A stretch of 64,000 nucleotides of DNA from Nannocystales bacterium (GTDB lineage: Bacteria; Myxococcota_A; Polyangia; Nannocystales; Nannocystaceae): the NCBI GenBank assembly GCA_050633305.1, contig JBOEGF010000010.1, positions 192,001 through 256,000 of the forward strand, given 5' to 3'. Shown piece by piece: positions 47,168-59,372 of the stretch. The position numbers and the translations under genes are program-made. The notes under the pieces were generated by a model that saw only the letters and a program-made list of their open reading frames with translations, was not told the DNA's origin and ran no database searches. Numbering within the stretch: position 1 is the first letter of the stretch; every line of letters starts with the position of its first letter.

Positions 47168-47983
47168 TCAAAGACGAGTCAACTCGAAGAGGGGCAGCTC
47201 GGGGCGGCACATGAACCGTGCGGGGACCAAGCTCGTGCCTGTGCCGCGGCTCACGTAGAGGCGGCCCGCGGGCGTGTCGTACCATCCCGCGACAAAGCGG
47301 CCGCTCCCCGGCGGAGTCACGGGGGCGAGACCGGCGGCCGTGACCTGCCCGCCGTGGGTGTGGCCGGCGAGGGACAGGTCGAAGTCGACATCGATGGGGT
47401 GTTCGTCGACGAACGCCGGGCTGTGTGTCAGCAGAATCCGAGGTTGGTCAACAGCGGAAGACGGACGTACGGGACGGGGGGTGCCACCGGTGGAGTCATC
47501 GGTCGCGTACAGGGAGAGACCCCCGATATCGAGCCACTCGTCGACGAGGAGGGTTGTGTCGCTGCCTCGGTACAGGCGGTCGAGGTCCCTCCGTACGATG
47601 TGCCCCCAGTGCTCCCAGTTGCCGAGTGTCGCAACCACTTGTGTCCCGGTCCGAGCGACTTCTGCACAGAGTTCACTGAGGGCGCTGGCGTGGGTGAGGG
47701 AGTCGATCAGGTCGCCTGTGAGGACGACGAGCTGGGGGGAGGCTCGGTCGATCGCTTCGAGGATCTTCGTCTCGACTCTTCCAAGCACCGTGAGATGCGC
47801 GTCGGTGACCTGGGCGACCGTAAACCCCTCCAACGACTTGGGCAGGGACTCGACCGGGACCACCATTGGGTGCACGTCGAGCCACGCCGGCTCGACCCCG
47901 AGCGCATCGACCGTCGCGACGGCCCCGAGAACCCCCGCTCCGACGAGGGCACGCCGGCGTGTGATGTGCTTCCCGAAGCCCAC
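47168..47983 (-). CDS. metallophosphoesterase
   Basis: DAH, TGDL, GNWE, HSP, GHTHGGQ, SRGTG; RRR N-terminal signal; start uncertain. Confidence 0.9.
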   Translation of the reverse strand: MGFGKHITRRRALVGAGVLGAVATVDALGVEPAWLDVHPMVVPVESLPKSLEGFTVAQVTDAHLTVLGRVETKILEAIDRASPQLVVLTGDLIDSLTHASALSELCAEVARTGTQVVATLGNWEHWGHIVRRDLDRLYRGSDTTLLVDEWLDIGGLSLYATDDSTGGTPRPVRPSSAVDQPRILLTHSPAFVDEHPIDVDFDLSLAGHTHGGQVTAAGLAPVTPPGSGRFVAGWYDTPAGRLYVSRGTGTSLVPARFMCRPELPLFELTRL

Positions 47984-48069
47984 GCCTTTAGAGTTAGCAC
48001 GGTCGAGAGCCGGCGCTGACAGTCCTCCGTTGCATGCCGGGGAGACGGTGATCTGGACCATGCATGGCC

Positions 48070-49185
48070 TCAGCCCGCGGGAATCGTCGAACAGCCGAAC
48101 TGAATGTCGATGGTCGAGTTGGAGAGTTGGTCGAACTGCTCGCAAGACAGGGGACACATCCGAATCTCAGTGGGCTGCAGGGGGTCGTCGTAGTACCACC
48201 CGTAGCCGAATTGCTTGCACGCTCCCAGGCTGTCGACGTAGCCGATGGGATTGGCTCCTTGGCCGGCGTCGTAGATGACGTTAACCCTGTCACGGTCGAA
48301 CGCGAGGCCGTCGGGGGGCGGCGGAATCTCGAACTCGCACGCCAGCGCGGTGCCCTTGATACGGTCGACCACGGCATTCTGAAACTCGAAGAAGTCGAGA
48401 TCCTCGAACTCGGTGTGCCCCTCGCTGCCGTCCGCGAGCCCAAAGTAGCCACTCGGGTCGGTCGAAAGACCGCTCTGCGCTGCGTGGGTGTGGATGAAGA
48501 CGTCGTCGTCCATTCCGAGGTCGGCGAGCCGTGCTCGCAACTGGTTCCGAAAGTCGGTGTTGGTCAGATCGGTCTCGGCCGCGGTGGTCGTGGTGATCCA
48601 GATGTGCTTCCAGGAGTTGGGGCGGAGACTCTCGCTCCACTGAGCGTGGGTCGTCAGGACCGCCGACAAGATGCCGCCGGGGGGGATGGATGTTTCGTAT
48701 TCCTCGTAGACGGAGCTGTACTGGGATGCGCCGCGACATGCCCACTCCCCGCAGCCCTCCTTGCCCGAGGGTGGGGGAGGATCGCCGTCGAAGAGGAGGA
48801 CGACGTTGGCGTCAAACACATCGACACTCTCCATTCCGGGTAGGAGGTTGGTCACCTGATCCTGGACAAGTTCTCGACTCACGGAGTTGTCGGCGATCAA
48901 GATGATGTCGGCCGGCCGTTCCTCGATGTCGGTGCTCTGTACGATCGACACGCAGTCGCCGAACGGCGCGCCCGTGCTGCTGTCGTCCCCCGAACTCTCC
49001 ACGCTCGAGGTGGAGGCGTCCCCAGTCGACCCCACGACGCCTGAGCTTGACGTCGATGCGTCGCTCGACGCGGACGGAGCATCGGTGTCGCTTCCGACTC
49101 CGTCGAACCCGTCGGGGCGAACCTGTGTGCAGGCTGAGAGGAGCACGAGCACAGTGAACAGGGCGGCGGACTTTGTGAGGGGCAT
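48070..49185 (-). CDS. myxobacterial lipoprotein with vWA-like domain
   Basis: LSAC lipobox, PADIILIADNS, CEFEIP.PPDG, GWYYD...CP.SC. Confidence 0.78.
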   Translation of the reverse strand: MPLTKSAALFTVLVLLSACTQVRPDGFDGVGSDTDAPSASSDASTSSSGVVGSTGDASTSSVESSGDDSSTGAPFGDCVSIVQSTDIEERPADIILIADNSVSRELVQDQVTNLLPGMESVDVFDANVVLLFDGDPPPPSGKEGCGEWACRGASQYSSVYEEYETSIPPGGILSAVLTTHAQWSESLRPNSWKHIWITTTTAAETDLTNTDFRNQLRARLADLGMDDDVFIHTHAAQSGLSTDPSGYFGLADGSEGHTEFEDLDFFEFQNAVVDRIKGTALACEFEIPPPPDGLAFDRDRVNVIYDAGQGANPIGYVDSLGACKQFGYGWYYDDPLQPTEIRMCPLSCEQFDQLSNSTIDIQFGCSTIPAG

Positions 49186-49247
49186 CGTGGCGGTTCCTTG
49201 GGTGATAAGCGTGGAGCGGAATGGCGGCATGGCGCGCAGTTGTGGAC

Positions 49248-50630
49248 TCATCGCACCCGAGTGAGCGTGAGCTCCGGGAGAAACTCGAGTTCGCCCGACT
49301 CCGCGTCGAGACGCTCGCGAAAGAAGAGCAAGGTGTTTCCGTCGTCCTGAAGGGCGAAATCGTGGTTGAAGCGGTCTGTATCCGGTTCCTCTACGTACGA
49401 GTACGCCAGGGTCGAAGAGCCGCCGTGAATCTCGAACAGGTCTAGGGCTTCGGCCTCGAGCGCGTCGCCAAGCGACAGCCGCGAAGTCTCGAGACCCGCT
49501 GCGTACTCCGCCAAGACGATGTCGTCGATCGCGAAGGTCACCGCCACGCCATCGGTGGGGCTCTCGCGCCACAGTCCGACGAGTTCTTTGGGAACCTCGA
49601 TGCTGTCGGTCTTGCCGTCGCCCGGGTCGAAGATCGAGGTATCGAGTCGGGGCGCCGCTGGGACATCGACTGCGACGTGGTCCGATTCGGTGATCCGAAG
49701 GGCTTCTCGCAGCTCGCGGAGGTCCGGCTGCTGGTCCATCCAGTGCACTTTTTGGAGCGCGAGCGGATCGTCGCCCGTGAGCGCGGGGATGTCTGAGGCC
49801 GGTAACATGACGTACGTCGTCCACGACTCGGCGTAGTCCTCGTCCCCGTCGTCCCGCTCGGCGTAGCTGGTCACGAAGTCCCGGGTGAGGATCGGGGAGC
49901 CGTCCTCGGGGTACCCATCGCCCGGGCCCTGCACGTCGGGGAACGTGTCCAGGAACAAGAACCACGATTCGTCGACGAGACCGCGAAGGTGTCCGAACTC
50001 GTGCACGAGGCTCCAGTCGAACGTGCCTCGACGCGGTTCGAGTGGGGCGCAAGGGTCGTCCTGGTTGAGCGCGAAGTTCTCGACACTGAAGCCGATCTTC
50101 AGTCCCCGGCGTGTGGTGGTGATGTTGCCGTTGCGGTTGAAGTACGCGACGGGATCGGTATCCAGCGAAATGTCGAGTTGTACGAGGTCGAGCAGCTGGT
50201 TCTCGGGAATGCGCAGCATGACCTCCTGCCACAGTCGGAGGCCGCCCTCGGCCGCTGCAAGGTCGGTGACGTGCTTGCCGACGAGTTCATGTCCGTCCAC
50301 CTCAAACGTGGCGACAACGTCCGGCTCGTCGGCGTAGGCGAGGGCGGGGTTGTCCGGGATGTCGGTGAGCAGCAGCAGCGGGGGCGGAACGCAGCCGAGC
50401 GGGCTGCCCGTGTCGGCACCAGACTCGGACCCGCTGCTTTCCTCGCCTGGGCCAATGCTCGTGTTGTCGTCGTCGGAGGCCGTGGCGTCTGCTGTTTCAG
50501 ATCCGCTTGTGCCCGTGTCGGTCTCTTCTCGTGCCGGCTCCCCGGACGGCGCATCTGCGCCCGCGTCTCCGCAGGCGATGAGGATTCCGAGGAGTGGGAG
50601 CAGGAGGTTGGTTGGCGTGGGTGTGTTCAT
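49248..50630 (-). CDS. lipoprotein with zincin-like metallopeptidase motif
   Basis: LIAC lipobox, HEFGH, FVTSYA...EDYAESW. Confidence 0.78.
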   Translation of the reverse strand: MNTPTPTNLLLPLLGILIACGDAGADAPSGEPAREETDTGTSGSETADATASDDDNTSIGPGEESSGSESGADTGSPLGCVPPPLLLLTDIPDNPALAYADEPDVVATFEVDGHELVGKHVTDLAAAEGGLRLWQEVMLRIPENQLLDLVQLDISLDTDPVAYFNRNGNITTTRRGLKIGFSVENFALNQDDPCAPLEPRRGTFDWSLVHEFGHLRGLVDESWFLFLDTFPDVQGPGDGYPEDGSPILTRDFVTSYAERDDGDEDYAESWTTYVMLPASDIPALTGDDPLALQKVHWMDQQPDLRELREALRITESDHVAVDVPAAPRLDTSIFDPGDGKTDSIEVPKELVGLWRESPTDGVAVTFAIDDIVLAEYAAGLETSRLSLGDALEAEALDLFEIHGGSSTLAYSYVEEPDTDRFNHDFALQDDGNTLLFFRERLDAESGELEFLPELTLTRVR

Positions 50631-50860
50631 CGTGAGGCGTCGGGGCGCGGCCCCTCGTTCCACCGACACATCGCCGGTCGGGGGGTGTTGCGTCACAGAT
50701 TTTCCGCGGTGACTCGACCACCGATTGGTATCGCCGTCGTCTTGGAGCCCCCAGAGCGAGCCCGCGATCTTCCTGCGCTCGGCCCTTTCGGGAAGAAAAC
50801 CGTCTGCGAGGGGTGATTCAAGGTGGCAGGATCGTCTCGCCGACGTTACGTGGACCAGCG

Positions 50861-52297
50861 ATGCTCACCACCTCCGGTCTCAGAAGCGCCCTCCTGATGA
50901 TGTCGACATGCGCCCTCCTGGCGTGTGGCGATGACACTCCTCCGAGCGAAACGGCGTCGGGAGGCTCGTCTTCCTCAGATGGGACGTCGAGTCCTGGGTC
51001 GTCGAGCACGTCGGGTCCAACGGCCGGCGCGGAGACGACCGGATCCGAGACCTCGTCCGGGGCGGAGACCACATCAGGGGCAGAAACCACATCAGGGGCA
51101 GAGACCACAACGGGGTCGGCCGAGTCGTCCAGTACCGGAGTCTCTGGGGTCTGCGGAGACGGGGCTATCGATGACGCGGAAGACTGCGACGACGCGGGAG
51201 AGTCCGCGGCCTGCAACGCCGACTGTACGGTTGCAGCGTGCGGGGATGGGGTCGCCAACGAGACCGCTGGGGAAGCGTGCGATGACGGCGGTGATTCGAT
51301 GACGTGTGACGCCGACTGCACCGTGGCAGAGTGCGGCGATGCTGTCGTGAACAACGCGGCGGGCGAGGACTGTGAAGACGGAAACGACGACAATACGGAT
51401 GCGTGCGTCGCGTGCGTCGATGCTTCTTGCGGTGATGGATTCGTCCAGGCGGGTGTTGAGGCTTGCGACGACGGGAACAACGACGACGATGATGGGTGCA
51501 GTGCCCTTTGCGAGGTCGAATCGGCTGGCCAGCTGTTCCTGACCAGCTCCAACGGGACGGCGGGGTTCTATGGGTATGACATCGCTGGGGATAGCTGGGA
51601 GACGCTCACATCTCCTCCTGCAGTCAGCTACTCTCAGCTGACCAACGATGGCACCAATGTGTTCTTGCTGGGCTCAGACAACACGATCTACAGCTACGAC
51701 ATCGCCGGCGATAGCTGGACCGCGGGTATCACAGGACCAGGATCCGCATCGCAACCGATCGGGTTCTTCCAATGGTTCCCAGACGGGTTCTACTACCTGA
51801 ACGACGGTGGAACGACGATGTCGGTGTACCGGGGGGTGGCATGGGACACGTTCGAGCTGGACGTGACGGGCTCTTGCTCGGGGAGCTACGACGCCGAGAA
51901 CGACGAACTCTATATCCGGCAGTTTGGCCAGGCGGGATTCCGTGTCATCGATACGACGGACGACAGCATCGTTCGCATGATCGACGATGCAACATCGGTC
52001 GGAGAAAACAGCCGCACCGGGACCTACTACGGCGGGAACTTCTATACCCGCGAATTCTCGGGGCCCATTCTGCGCCTCGATAGCACGACTGGCGCGGCAA
52101 CGGACACGCTGGCGACCCCGGTGTCGGGTCACACCGGGACCGACGTCGACCTCGCGACGGGCCTCATTTACATCTCCGGCTACGGGTCAGACCCCACATC
52201 GTTCCAGGTGTTTGACACGGCCACGGACACGATCTCGACCTTGGCCGACCAGCCGACGCTCTCGAACCACTCGACCATCACGGTGATGCGACCGTAG
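50861..52297 (+). CDS. lipoprotein with Myxococcus Cys-rich (DUF4215-like) repeats and C-terminal propeller
   Basis: LLAC, repeated CGDG....E.CDDG, DGCSALC. Confidence 0.85.
   Translation: MLTTSGLRSALLMMSTCALLACGDDTPPSETASGGSSSSDGTSSPGSSSTSGPTAGAETTGSETSSGAETTSGAETTSGAETTTGSAESSSTGVSGVCGDGAIDDAEDCDDAGESAACNADCTVAACGDGVANETAGEACDDGGDSMTCDADCTVAECGDAVVNNAAGEDCEDGNDDNTDACVACVDASCGDGFVQAGVEACDDGNNDDDDGCSALCEVESAGQLFLTSSNGTAGFYGYDIAGDSWETLTSPPAVSYSQLTNDGTNVFLLGSDNTIYSYDIAGDSWTAGITGPGSASQPIGFFQWFPDGFYYLNDGGTTMSVYRGVAWDTFELDVTGSCSGSYDAENDELYIRQFGQAGFRVIDTTDDSIVRMIDDATSVGENSRTGTYYGGNFYTREFSGPILRLDSTTGAATDTLATPVSGHTGTDVDLATGLIYISGYGSDPTSFQVFDTATDTISTLADQPTLSNHSTITVMRP
51059..51112 (+). repeat. three 18-bp tandem repeats (GAETTS)
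   Basis: GGGGC(G/A)GA(G/A)ACCACA(TCA/ACG) x3 in the linker-coding region. Confidence 0.85.
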
Positions 52298-52452
52298 CTT
52301 CGGCCGTCTCGGGCTCGTCCACCGCTCTCGCAGGGTCGGAGCAGCGGTGGACCGGGCTACGTTTGCGACGTCGTCTGACCCAAGCTCACCGCCGCGGCCC
52401 GCGGAATCCCGTGCGGATCGTGGCTGCGTGGCCTACAACGGGCGACGCGCGC

Positions 52453-52926
52453 ATGTCTGAGCCCTGTATGAAAATCGTCTTGGTGACGCCCGAGATTCCG
52501 TACAACACGGGCGCGATCGGGCGCACGTGTGTGGCGTTGAATCTCGAGCTGATCCTCATCAAGCCGTACGGCTTCTCGCTCGACGAGAAGGCCGTGCGGC
52601 GCTCGGGTCAAGACTACTGGAAGCACGTGCGCCTTCACGAGTACGAGAGCTGGCAAGGCTTCTTGAGTGATAGGAGGCCGCCGCGCGAGAAACTCTACTT
52701 CTTCGAGGAACACGGCGCGCAGAGTGTCTACGCGCCGGAGTTCCAGGAGGACGCGTATCTGGTGTTCGGTTGCGAATCCAAAGGCCTTCCCCAGGACGTG
52801 TTGGGTGGCATGGACGACCGCGTGTTCCATCTGCCGATGCGCAATCCGCTTGTCCGCTCGTTGAACTTGGCGAACGTCGCGACGGCGGTGGTCTATCAGG
52901 CGATGCGCACCCAGCTGGGCGGTTGA
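52453..52926 (+). CDS. trmL: tRNA (cytidine/uridine-34 2'-O)-methyltransferase
   Basis: PEIPYNTGAIGRTC, FGCESKGLP, RSLNLAN (SPOUT). Confidence 0.92.
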   Translation: MSEPCMKIVLVTPEIPYNTGAIGRTCVALNLELILIKPYGFSLDEKAVRRSGQDYWKHVRLHEYESWQGFLSDRRPPREKLYFFEEHGAQSVYAPEFQEDAYLVFGCESKGLPQDVLGGMDDRVFHLPMRNPLVRSLNLANVATAVVYQAMRTQLGG

Positions 52927-52931
52927 ACTGG

Positions 52932-54470
52932 TTAGGGCGCGAGCTTCGGGAAGAACGCGGCGGAGAGGGTCCAGCCATCCCAGCTCAGGGGACGTACACG
53001 CTGTGAGGGGAGGTCGACCAGCAGCTGCATGCTGTCGGGGTCCTCGACGTCGAGCCCGATCAGTTTGTTCGGCAGCTCGAGCGTCCTGTGAAGCGAGAGG
53101 GGGCCCTCGCTTGTCTCGATGCGGCGTACGCTGGCTTCCCACTGGGGAAGTTCCCCGGGCGTGGTAGGAGACCAGTGCGCCGTCTGCTGGACCCCGTCGC
53201 GGGTGCAGAAGAACCAGAACGTGGTCTCTTGGTCGCTGCTGATTACCGTGGGGGAATCGGGGTCGCAGCTGGAGATGTCGAGCTCGAAGGGCACCGTCTC
53301 GGGGGTCGACCCATCGAGGGCAAACCATACGAGCCGGACCGCCGTGTCGTCGCGCATCACGGTGCCGCCGGCGAGTCCCAGGGGGCCGATGTAGGACGGA
53401 CCGAGCATCCACTCGTCGGGCCCGAGCTGAGCCACCACGCGCGGAGCCTCAGTTGAAAGCGGGTCGACCATCGCGTAGCCGTGCTGTGCGTCGGTTTCGA
53501 ACGCGTAGATGAGTTCGGCCCCCGTCGTGCTGAGTCGACGCGGCTGTGCGGGGAGCGACGAAATATCGAGTTCCGCCGTGACGAGGTTGTCGTCGAGTTC
53601 GTGAATCACGAGCAAGTTCGTCATCGGCTCCCAGCCGTCGTGCTCGCCGACGACGATGGCGTCGTCCAGCCGAACCGTCGTCGCGCTCGAGAGCTCGAGC
53701 GTGGGGCTGAGCGTGCCCAGGTACATATCGGCAGCTCGATCGACGTCGTACGCACGAACCTCGGGCGGCTCGTCTGGCGTGATGTAGACCAACCGGTGCC
53801 CGAGGGGCTCAAAGAGGTAGCCGTGGCGGTCGAGGCTGACGTGTCGATGGACCGTGGCCATGCCCTCGGGATCGTCGAGGTCGATGATGCGCAGTGTGGT
53901 TCCGTTCGCATCGCGGGCGGAGACGACGTACCGATGCTCGTCGATACGAGAACTGCCGCCCGCTCGCTCGTCGGGGAGTTCGAGGGGAACGGGTCGCAGG
54001 GCATCGCCGCGAGGGTCGAGCACGAGCGTCCGCACGGTTCCCCATGCCACGGGCAACTCCGGAGTGAAGGAGACGCCAAACCCGGACGCGTAGCTCCATA
54101 TCGGGCAGTGGGTGAGCCGGTTTGGCCCGAGCGATGTCGGTTTGAACCCGAAGGTTTCTCCGTCGTCGAAGAACGCGTCCATGACGTAGCCGGAGTCCGG
54201 TGATCCACGCAGCACCGAGGCGTGCGGGCCCGGGCACAAGACGAGGGCGCCAGCGGGCTCAGGGCCGTACAGCACGACATCCTCGCCGGGCTCAGGGCTG
54301 AGCTCGTGGGCGATGACCCGCTCCTGGGAGCCGTCGTCCGACTGCTGGAGAAGGATGGCCCAGGGATCGGCCATTCGATCGACGGTGGGGTCATCCCCGG
54401 TCTCGACGAGGCTGTCACTGCACCCAACGCACACGAACAGCATCGCGGCTGGGAAACTGATGCTGCGCAT
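52932..54470 (-). CDS. hypothetical lipoprotein
   Basis: VCVGC lipobox; beta-rich composition. Confidence 0.7.
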   Translation of the reverse strand: MRSISFPAAMLFVCVGCSDSLVETGDDPTVDRMADPWAILLQQSDDGSQERVIAHELSPEPGEDVVLYGPEPAGALVLCPGPHASVLRGSPDSGYVMDAFFDDGETFGFKPTSLGPNRLTHCPIWSYASGFGVSFTPELPVAWGTVRTLVLDPRGDALRPVPLELPDERAGGSSRIDEHRYVVSARDANGTTLRIIDLDDPEGMATVHRHVSLDRHGYLFEPLGHRLVYITPDEPPEVRAYDVDRAADMYLGTLSPTLELSSATTVRLDDAIVVGEHDGWEPMTNLLVIHELDDNLVTAELDISSLPAQPRRLSTTGAELIYAFETDAQHGYAMVDPLSTEAPRVVAQLGPDEWMLGPSYIGPLGLAGGTVMRDDTAVRLVWFALDGSTPETVPFELDISSCDPDSPTVISSDQETTFWFFCTRDGVQQTAHWSPTTPGELPQWEASVRRIETSEGPLSLHRTLELPNKLIGLDVEDPDSMQLLVDLPSQRVRPLSWDGWTLSAAFFPKLAP

Positions 54471-54612
54471 GGACGTTGGCAGCCTACCAAGCCGCTGCGT
54501 ATCCCTGCTGCATCGTGAGCCCCGAGGGACAGGTCTCCGCCCCTTCACCGACCGGCCGGTCTCTCGGGGCCGACGAGCGTCGACAGAGACCGTTTTGCGG
54601 ATCCGTTTAGGC

Positions 54613-55722
<1,110 letters not shown>

Positions 55723-56084
55723 AGATCCGGCACGCTATCAGGGTGCGCGGCTTGTGGCGCATCGGCGTTGCGCGCAACGTGTTGCACAGTTGACGCAGGT
55801 TCGGGGGCGGCCCGAGCTTTCTCACTACTGCGAGCGGGGCGCAGCAGCGGAAGTCGCAGAGAGAGCCGTTCAGACGCCTCGAGGGTGGGGACTTGCCACG
55901 TTCGGATTTCGAGGCGGCGCAGTCGCAGGCGCAGGTTCGCGCCGTCATCCGCAGGACAGAATCGATGCGCGGCGGGGGCGTGATCCGCGTTGGCGGGTGG
56001 TGGGCGAGTTGGAGGTCTCGGCGCCAATGCGATTCGCTCGCGCGGTGGCGTGGACGCACCACGCGAGCGTGATCGTTGCCTCCG

Positions 56085-57194
56085 TCAGCGCTTTCGGCCG
56101 CGTTTGGCTCGCATGGTGGCGCGGATCAACTTGCTGAACTTGCGCTCGTGGGCTCGGCGCTCGTGTTCGACCAACTGGTGGGCTGTGCCACGTTGCTCGT
56201 CACGAAGTCCGAGCCACGAATCCACCCGGCGTCGGTCGAGCTCTCCTCGTTCAATGCCCGCCGCGATTGCACAATGGGGTTCTCCATCATGGCGACAATC
56301 CCCGAACCGGCAGTCGCGTGCCCGCTCGACCAGGTCCGCGAACGTTTGCTCGACGCCCGCCGCGTCCCCCCAAAGGCCAACCTCCCGCAGTCCAGGTGTG
56401 TCGATGATGAGCAACCGCCGGCCCGGAACCTCGAAGAGCTCGCGATGGCTCGTGGTGTGGCGGCCCTTGCCGTGCGCGTCGCTTGTGACTCCGGTTCGCA
56501 TCGCCTCTCCACCGCTGAGGTGATTGAGCAGGGTTGACTTTCCGACCCCCGAGGACCCGACCAGCGCGACGGTGGGCGACCAGTCCGACGCCTGCTGAAG
56601 GAGGCCGTCCAACTCGTCGCAACCGATCCCCTCGAGAACGTCGAGCACGATCACGGGAACGCCGAGTGCCACGTCGCGGACGGCAGCAAGCCGGGCTTCC
56701 CGCTCTTCGCCGTCGAGGAGACCTGCTTTGGTCAGGACGACGAGCGGCTGGGCTCCCCCGGCATGGACCAAGCTGAGCCATCGCTCGAGCCTGGGCAGGC
56801 GAAAGTCGCGGTCGAGGCCCATGCAGACCAGCACCAGGTCGACGTTGGCAGCCAGGACTTGCCCGCGGTGTGTCGTGTTTGCGGCACGCCTCGTCAGGGC
56901 GGTGAAGCGAGGCAACACCGACTGTATGCTGAGCGCTCCTCGCTGCGTTCGCGTGAGGACCCAGTCTCCGACGACCGGCGATGCTTTGCGTCTGACGCGC
57001 TTGGGTGTGTGGGCGTGGACCTCACCGGACGTGCCCCAAAGGGTGCATCCGTCGGCATTGACACGGACGACACGGGATACATCCGTGTCGTCGTTGTCGG
57101 GAGCTTGAAGCCTCGCGTGTTCCACGTGCGGGCCGAAACCCAGGCAAGCGAGGGGGTGAGGGGAAGGGCGGGTGTTGTTGTTGGATGTGTTCAT
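56085..57194 (-). CDS. rsgA: ribosome small subunit-dependent GTPase A
   Basis: VVGDWV, LAANVD, GSSGVGKSTL, GRHTT, DTPGLRE, CRFGDCRH..EPHC. Confidence 0.92.
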   Translation of the reverse strand: MNTSNNNTRPSPHPLACLGFGPHVEHARLQAPDNDDTDVSRVVRVNADGCTLWGTSGEVHAHTPKRVRRKASPVVGDWVLTRTQRGALSIQSVLPRFTALTRRAANTTHRGQVLAANVDLVLVCMGLDRDFRLPRLERWLSLVHAGGAQPLVVLTKAGLLDGEEREARLAAVRDVALGVPVIVLDVLEGIGCDELDGLLQQASDWSPTVALVGSSGVGKSTLLNHLSGGEAMRTGVTSDAHGKGRHTTSHRELFEVPGRRLLIIDTPGLREVGLWGDAAGVEQTFADLVERARDCRFGDCRHDGEPHCAIAAGIERGELDRRRVDSWLGLRDEQRGTAHQLVEHERRAHERKFSKLIRATMRAKRGRKR

Positions 57195-57566
57195 GAGCGT
57201 CACCAAGCCCGAGCGTCTGCAGGACGTGGCGAGGGGCGACGCACGGTCGCGCTCGGGCATGGCCACATCCAAGCTCGCGGATCACACGGCGATGGCCATG
57301 TGACGGCTGCGTCGGCGCACTCGGGCTGGGCGGAACCACGGCTCAGCGCACGCACCCAGAATCCGGGGCACATGGCTAAACTCGGCACCGCGCGCACGAG
57401 CGCGCGGGATCAGGCGACGGCGGTCATGAGCCAACAGGATGACGCGGTGAATCGGCCCTCGCAAGCGGGGCTGCCCTTGCGTGATTCTCGCGGGAGGGGA
57501 TCGTGAAGGCGCCGCCAGGGCGGGCTCACGAGACGGCCGAGACCCCCTGAGGTACGGTCGCTGCCG

Positions 57567-58313
57567 ATGTCGGACGCTCCGCGCACCCGGATCAACAAGT
57601 ACCTCAGCGAGGTCGGTTACTGCTCGCGCCGTGCGGCGGACAAGCTGATCGAGCAGGGCCGGGTCACCATCAACGGCAAGGTCCCCGAGATGGGGACGAA
57701 GATCGGACCCGAGGATGCGGTTGCCGTTGACGGCATCGCGGTCTCCGCGGAGTCGAAGGCCAACAAGAGGGTCTACCTGGCCTTCAACAAGCCCGTTGGG
57801 ATCGTCTGTACGACCGATACTCGGGTCGAGCCGGACAACATCATCGACTACATCAACTATCCCTCTCGAATCTTCCCGATCGGGCGGCTCGACAAGATGA
57901 GCCAGGGGCTGATCTTCCTGACCGATGACGGTGACATCGTCAACAAGATCCTGCGCGCCCGAAACAACCACGAGAAGGAGTACATCGTCACGGTCAACAA
58001 GCCGGTGACCGCGGAGTTCGTGAAGCGCATGGGTGCGGGCGTCCCAATCCTCGAGACGGTCACCAAGCCTTGCAAGGTTGAGAAGCTGAGCAAGAACGTG
58101 TTTCGCATCGTCTTGCAGCAGGGGCTCAACCGACAGATCCGGCGCATGTGCGAGTACCTCGACTATCGAGTGGCCAAGCTCGAACGGGTCCGGATCATGA
58201 ACATCAAGCTGGATGTCCCAATCGGGCAATGGCGCGACTTCACCGACGAGGAACTCGCCGAGCTGTTCCGGCTGTGCGAGACGTCGGCCAAGACCTACGA
58301 CGGGCCGGCCTGA
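57567..58313 (+). CDS. rluF: 23S rRNA pseudouridine synthase F
   Basis: S4 domain [33 protein letters not shown]. Confidence 0.9.
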   Translation: MSDAPRTRINKYLSEVGYCSRRAADKLIEQGRVTINGKVPEMGTKIGPEDAVAVDGIAVSAESKANKRVYLAFNKPVGIVCTTDTRVEPDNIIDYINYPSRIFPIGRLDKMSQGLIFLTDDGDIVNKILRARNNHEKEYIVTVNKPVTAEFVKRMGAGVPILETVTKPCKVEKLSKNVFRIVLQQGLNRQIRRMCEYLDYRVAKLERVRIMNIKLDVPIGQWRDFTDEELAELFRLCETSAKTYDGPA

Positions 58314-58370
58314 AGCGCATCATTTGCCGGGAGGCGGCGGCATGAAGGTGTCACATCTGGGCTGCAGACC

Positions 58371-58793
58371 ATGGATGTGAAACAGATCATGACCACGACT
58401 CTGGTGACCGCCTCGGTGAACGACACCGTGGGGCACGCCCTGCGTCTGCTTGAAGACCAGGAGATCCGGCACCTGCCGATCGTCAACGGCAAGAAGTTGG
58501 TCGGGATGGTGAGCGACCGCGACCTCCGCGAGTATCGCCTGCCGCTGTTGGTGGAGCTCAACGAGCCGACCCGTGCGGATTCGATGCTCAAGACACCGCT
58601 CTTCGAGTTGATGAAGGAAGCGGTTCTGGCCTTGGAGACTCACGAGACGCTCGTGCACGCCATCGACCTGTTGCTTCAGTATGGCGTTGGAGCAGCACCG
58701 GTGGTAGAGCGCGACAGTGACGACCTCGTGGGCATCGTCAGCTATGTGGACGTCCTGCGGGCGTTGCGGCCGATTGCCGCTGGCGACGACTGA
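58371..58793 (+). CDS. CBS domain protein
   Basis: IRHLPIV...LVGMVSDRDL; second CBS LVGIVSYVDVL. Confidence 0.92.
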   Translation: MDVKQIMTTTLVTASVNDTVGHALRLLEDQEIRHLPIVNGKKLVGMVSDRDLREYRLPLLVELNEPTRADSMLKTPLFELMKEAVLALETHETLVHAIDLLLQYGVGAAPVVERDSDDLVGIVSYVDVLRALRPIAAGDD

Positions 58794-58814
58794 GTCCGCC
58801 CGTGGGGGGCCGCG

Positions 58815-59372
58815 GTGATCGTGTTGCTGAACAAGCCCTTCGGGGTTCTGAGTCAGTTCACGACTCAAGAAGGCCACCGGACACTCGCCGATCTCGTTGA
58901 CGTACCGGGCGTCTACGCGGCCGGTCGTCTCGACAAGGACTCCGAGGGCCTGTTGGTGCTGACGGACGACGGAAAGCTTCAGCATGCGATCGCCTCCCCC
59001 AAGGCTCGCAGCAAGTTGCCGAAGACGTATTGGGTGCAGGTGGAACGCGAGCCCGACGACGCGGCTCTGGGTGCTCTGCGCCGTGGGGTCGAGCTCAAAG
59101 ATGGGCGGACTCGACCCGCCAAGGTTCGCCGAATGGAGCCGCCACAGCTGTGGCCACGCAACCCTCCGATCCGACAGCGCAAGTCGATCCCGACCGCGTG
59201 GATCGAGGTCGTGTTGACCGAGGGTCGCAATCGCCAAGTTCGACGGATGACCGCCCACGTCGGCTTTCCAACCCTGCGGTTGGTCCGTTCCGCAATCGGC
59301 CCCTGGACCGTCGAGGGATTGGCGCCCGGGGCCTGGCGAGAGGCGGACGGCGGTGGAACCGGACTCCGTTGA
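58815..59372 (+). CDS. rluE: 23S rRNA pseudouridine synthase E-like
   Basis: No S4 domain; [45 protein letters not shown]. Confidence 0.88.
   Translation: MIVLLNKPFGVLSQFTTQEGHRTLADLVDVPGVYAAGRLDKDSEGLLVLTDDGKLQHAIASPKARSKLPKTYWVQVEREPDDAALGALRRGVELKDGRTRPAKVRRMEPPQLWPRNPPIRQRKSIPTAWIEVVLTEGRNRQVRRMTAHVGFPTLRLVRSAIGPWTVEGLAPGAWREADGGGTGLR

Noticed and set aside
51059..51112. Tandem repeats as a CRISPR-like array
   Set aside because: In-frame 18-bp coding repeats with no spacers and no cas genes.
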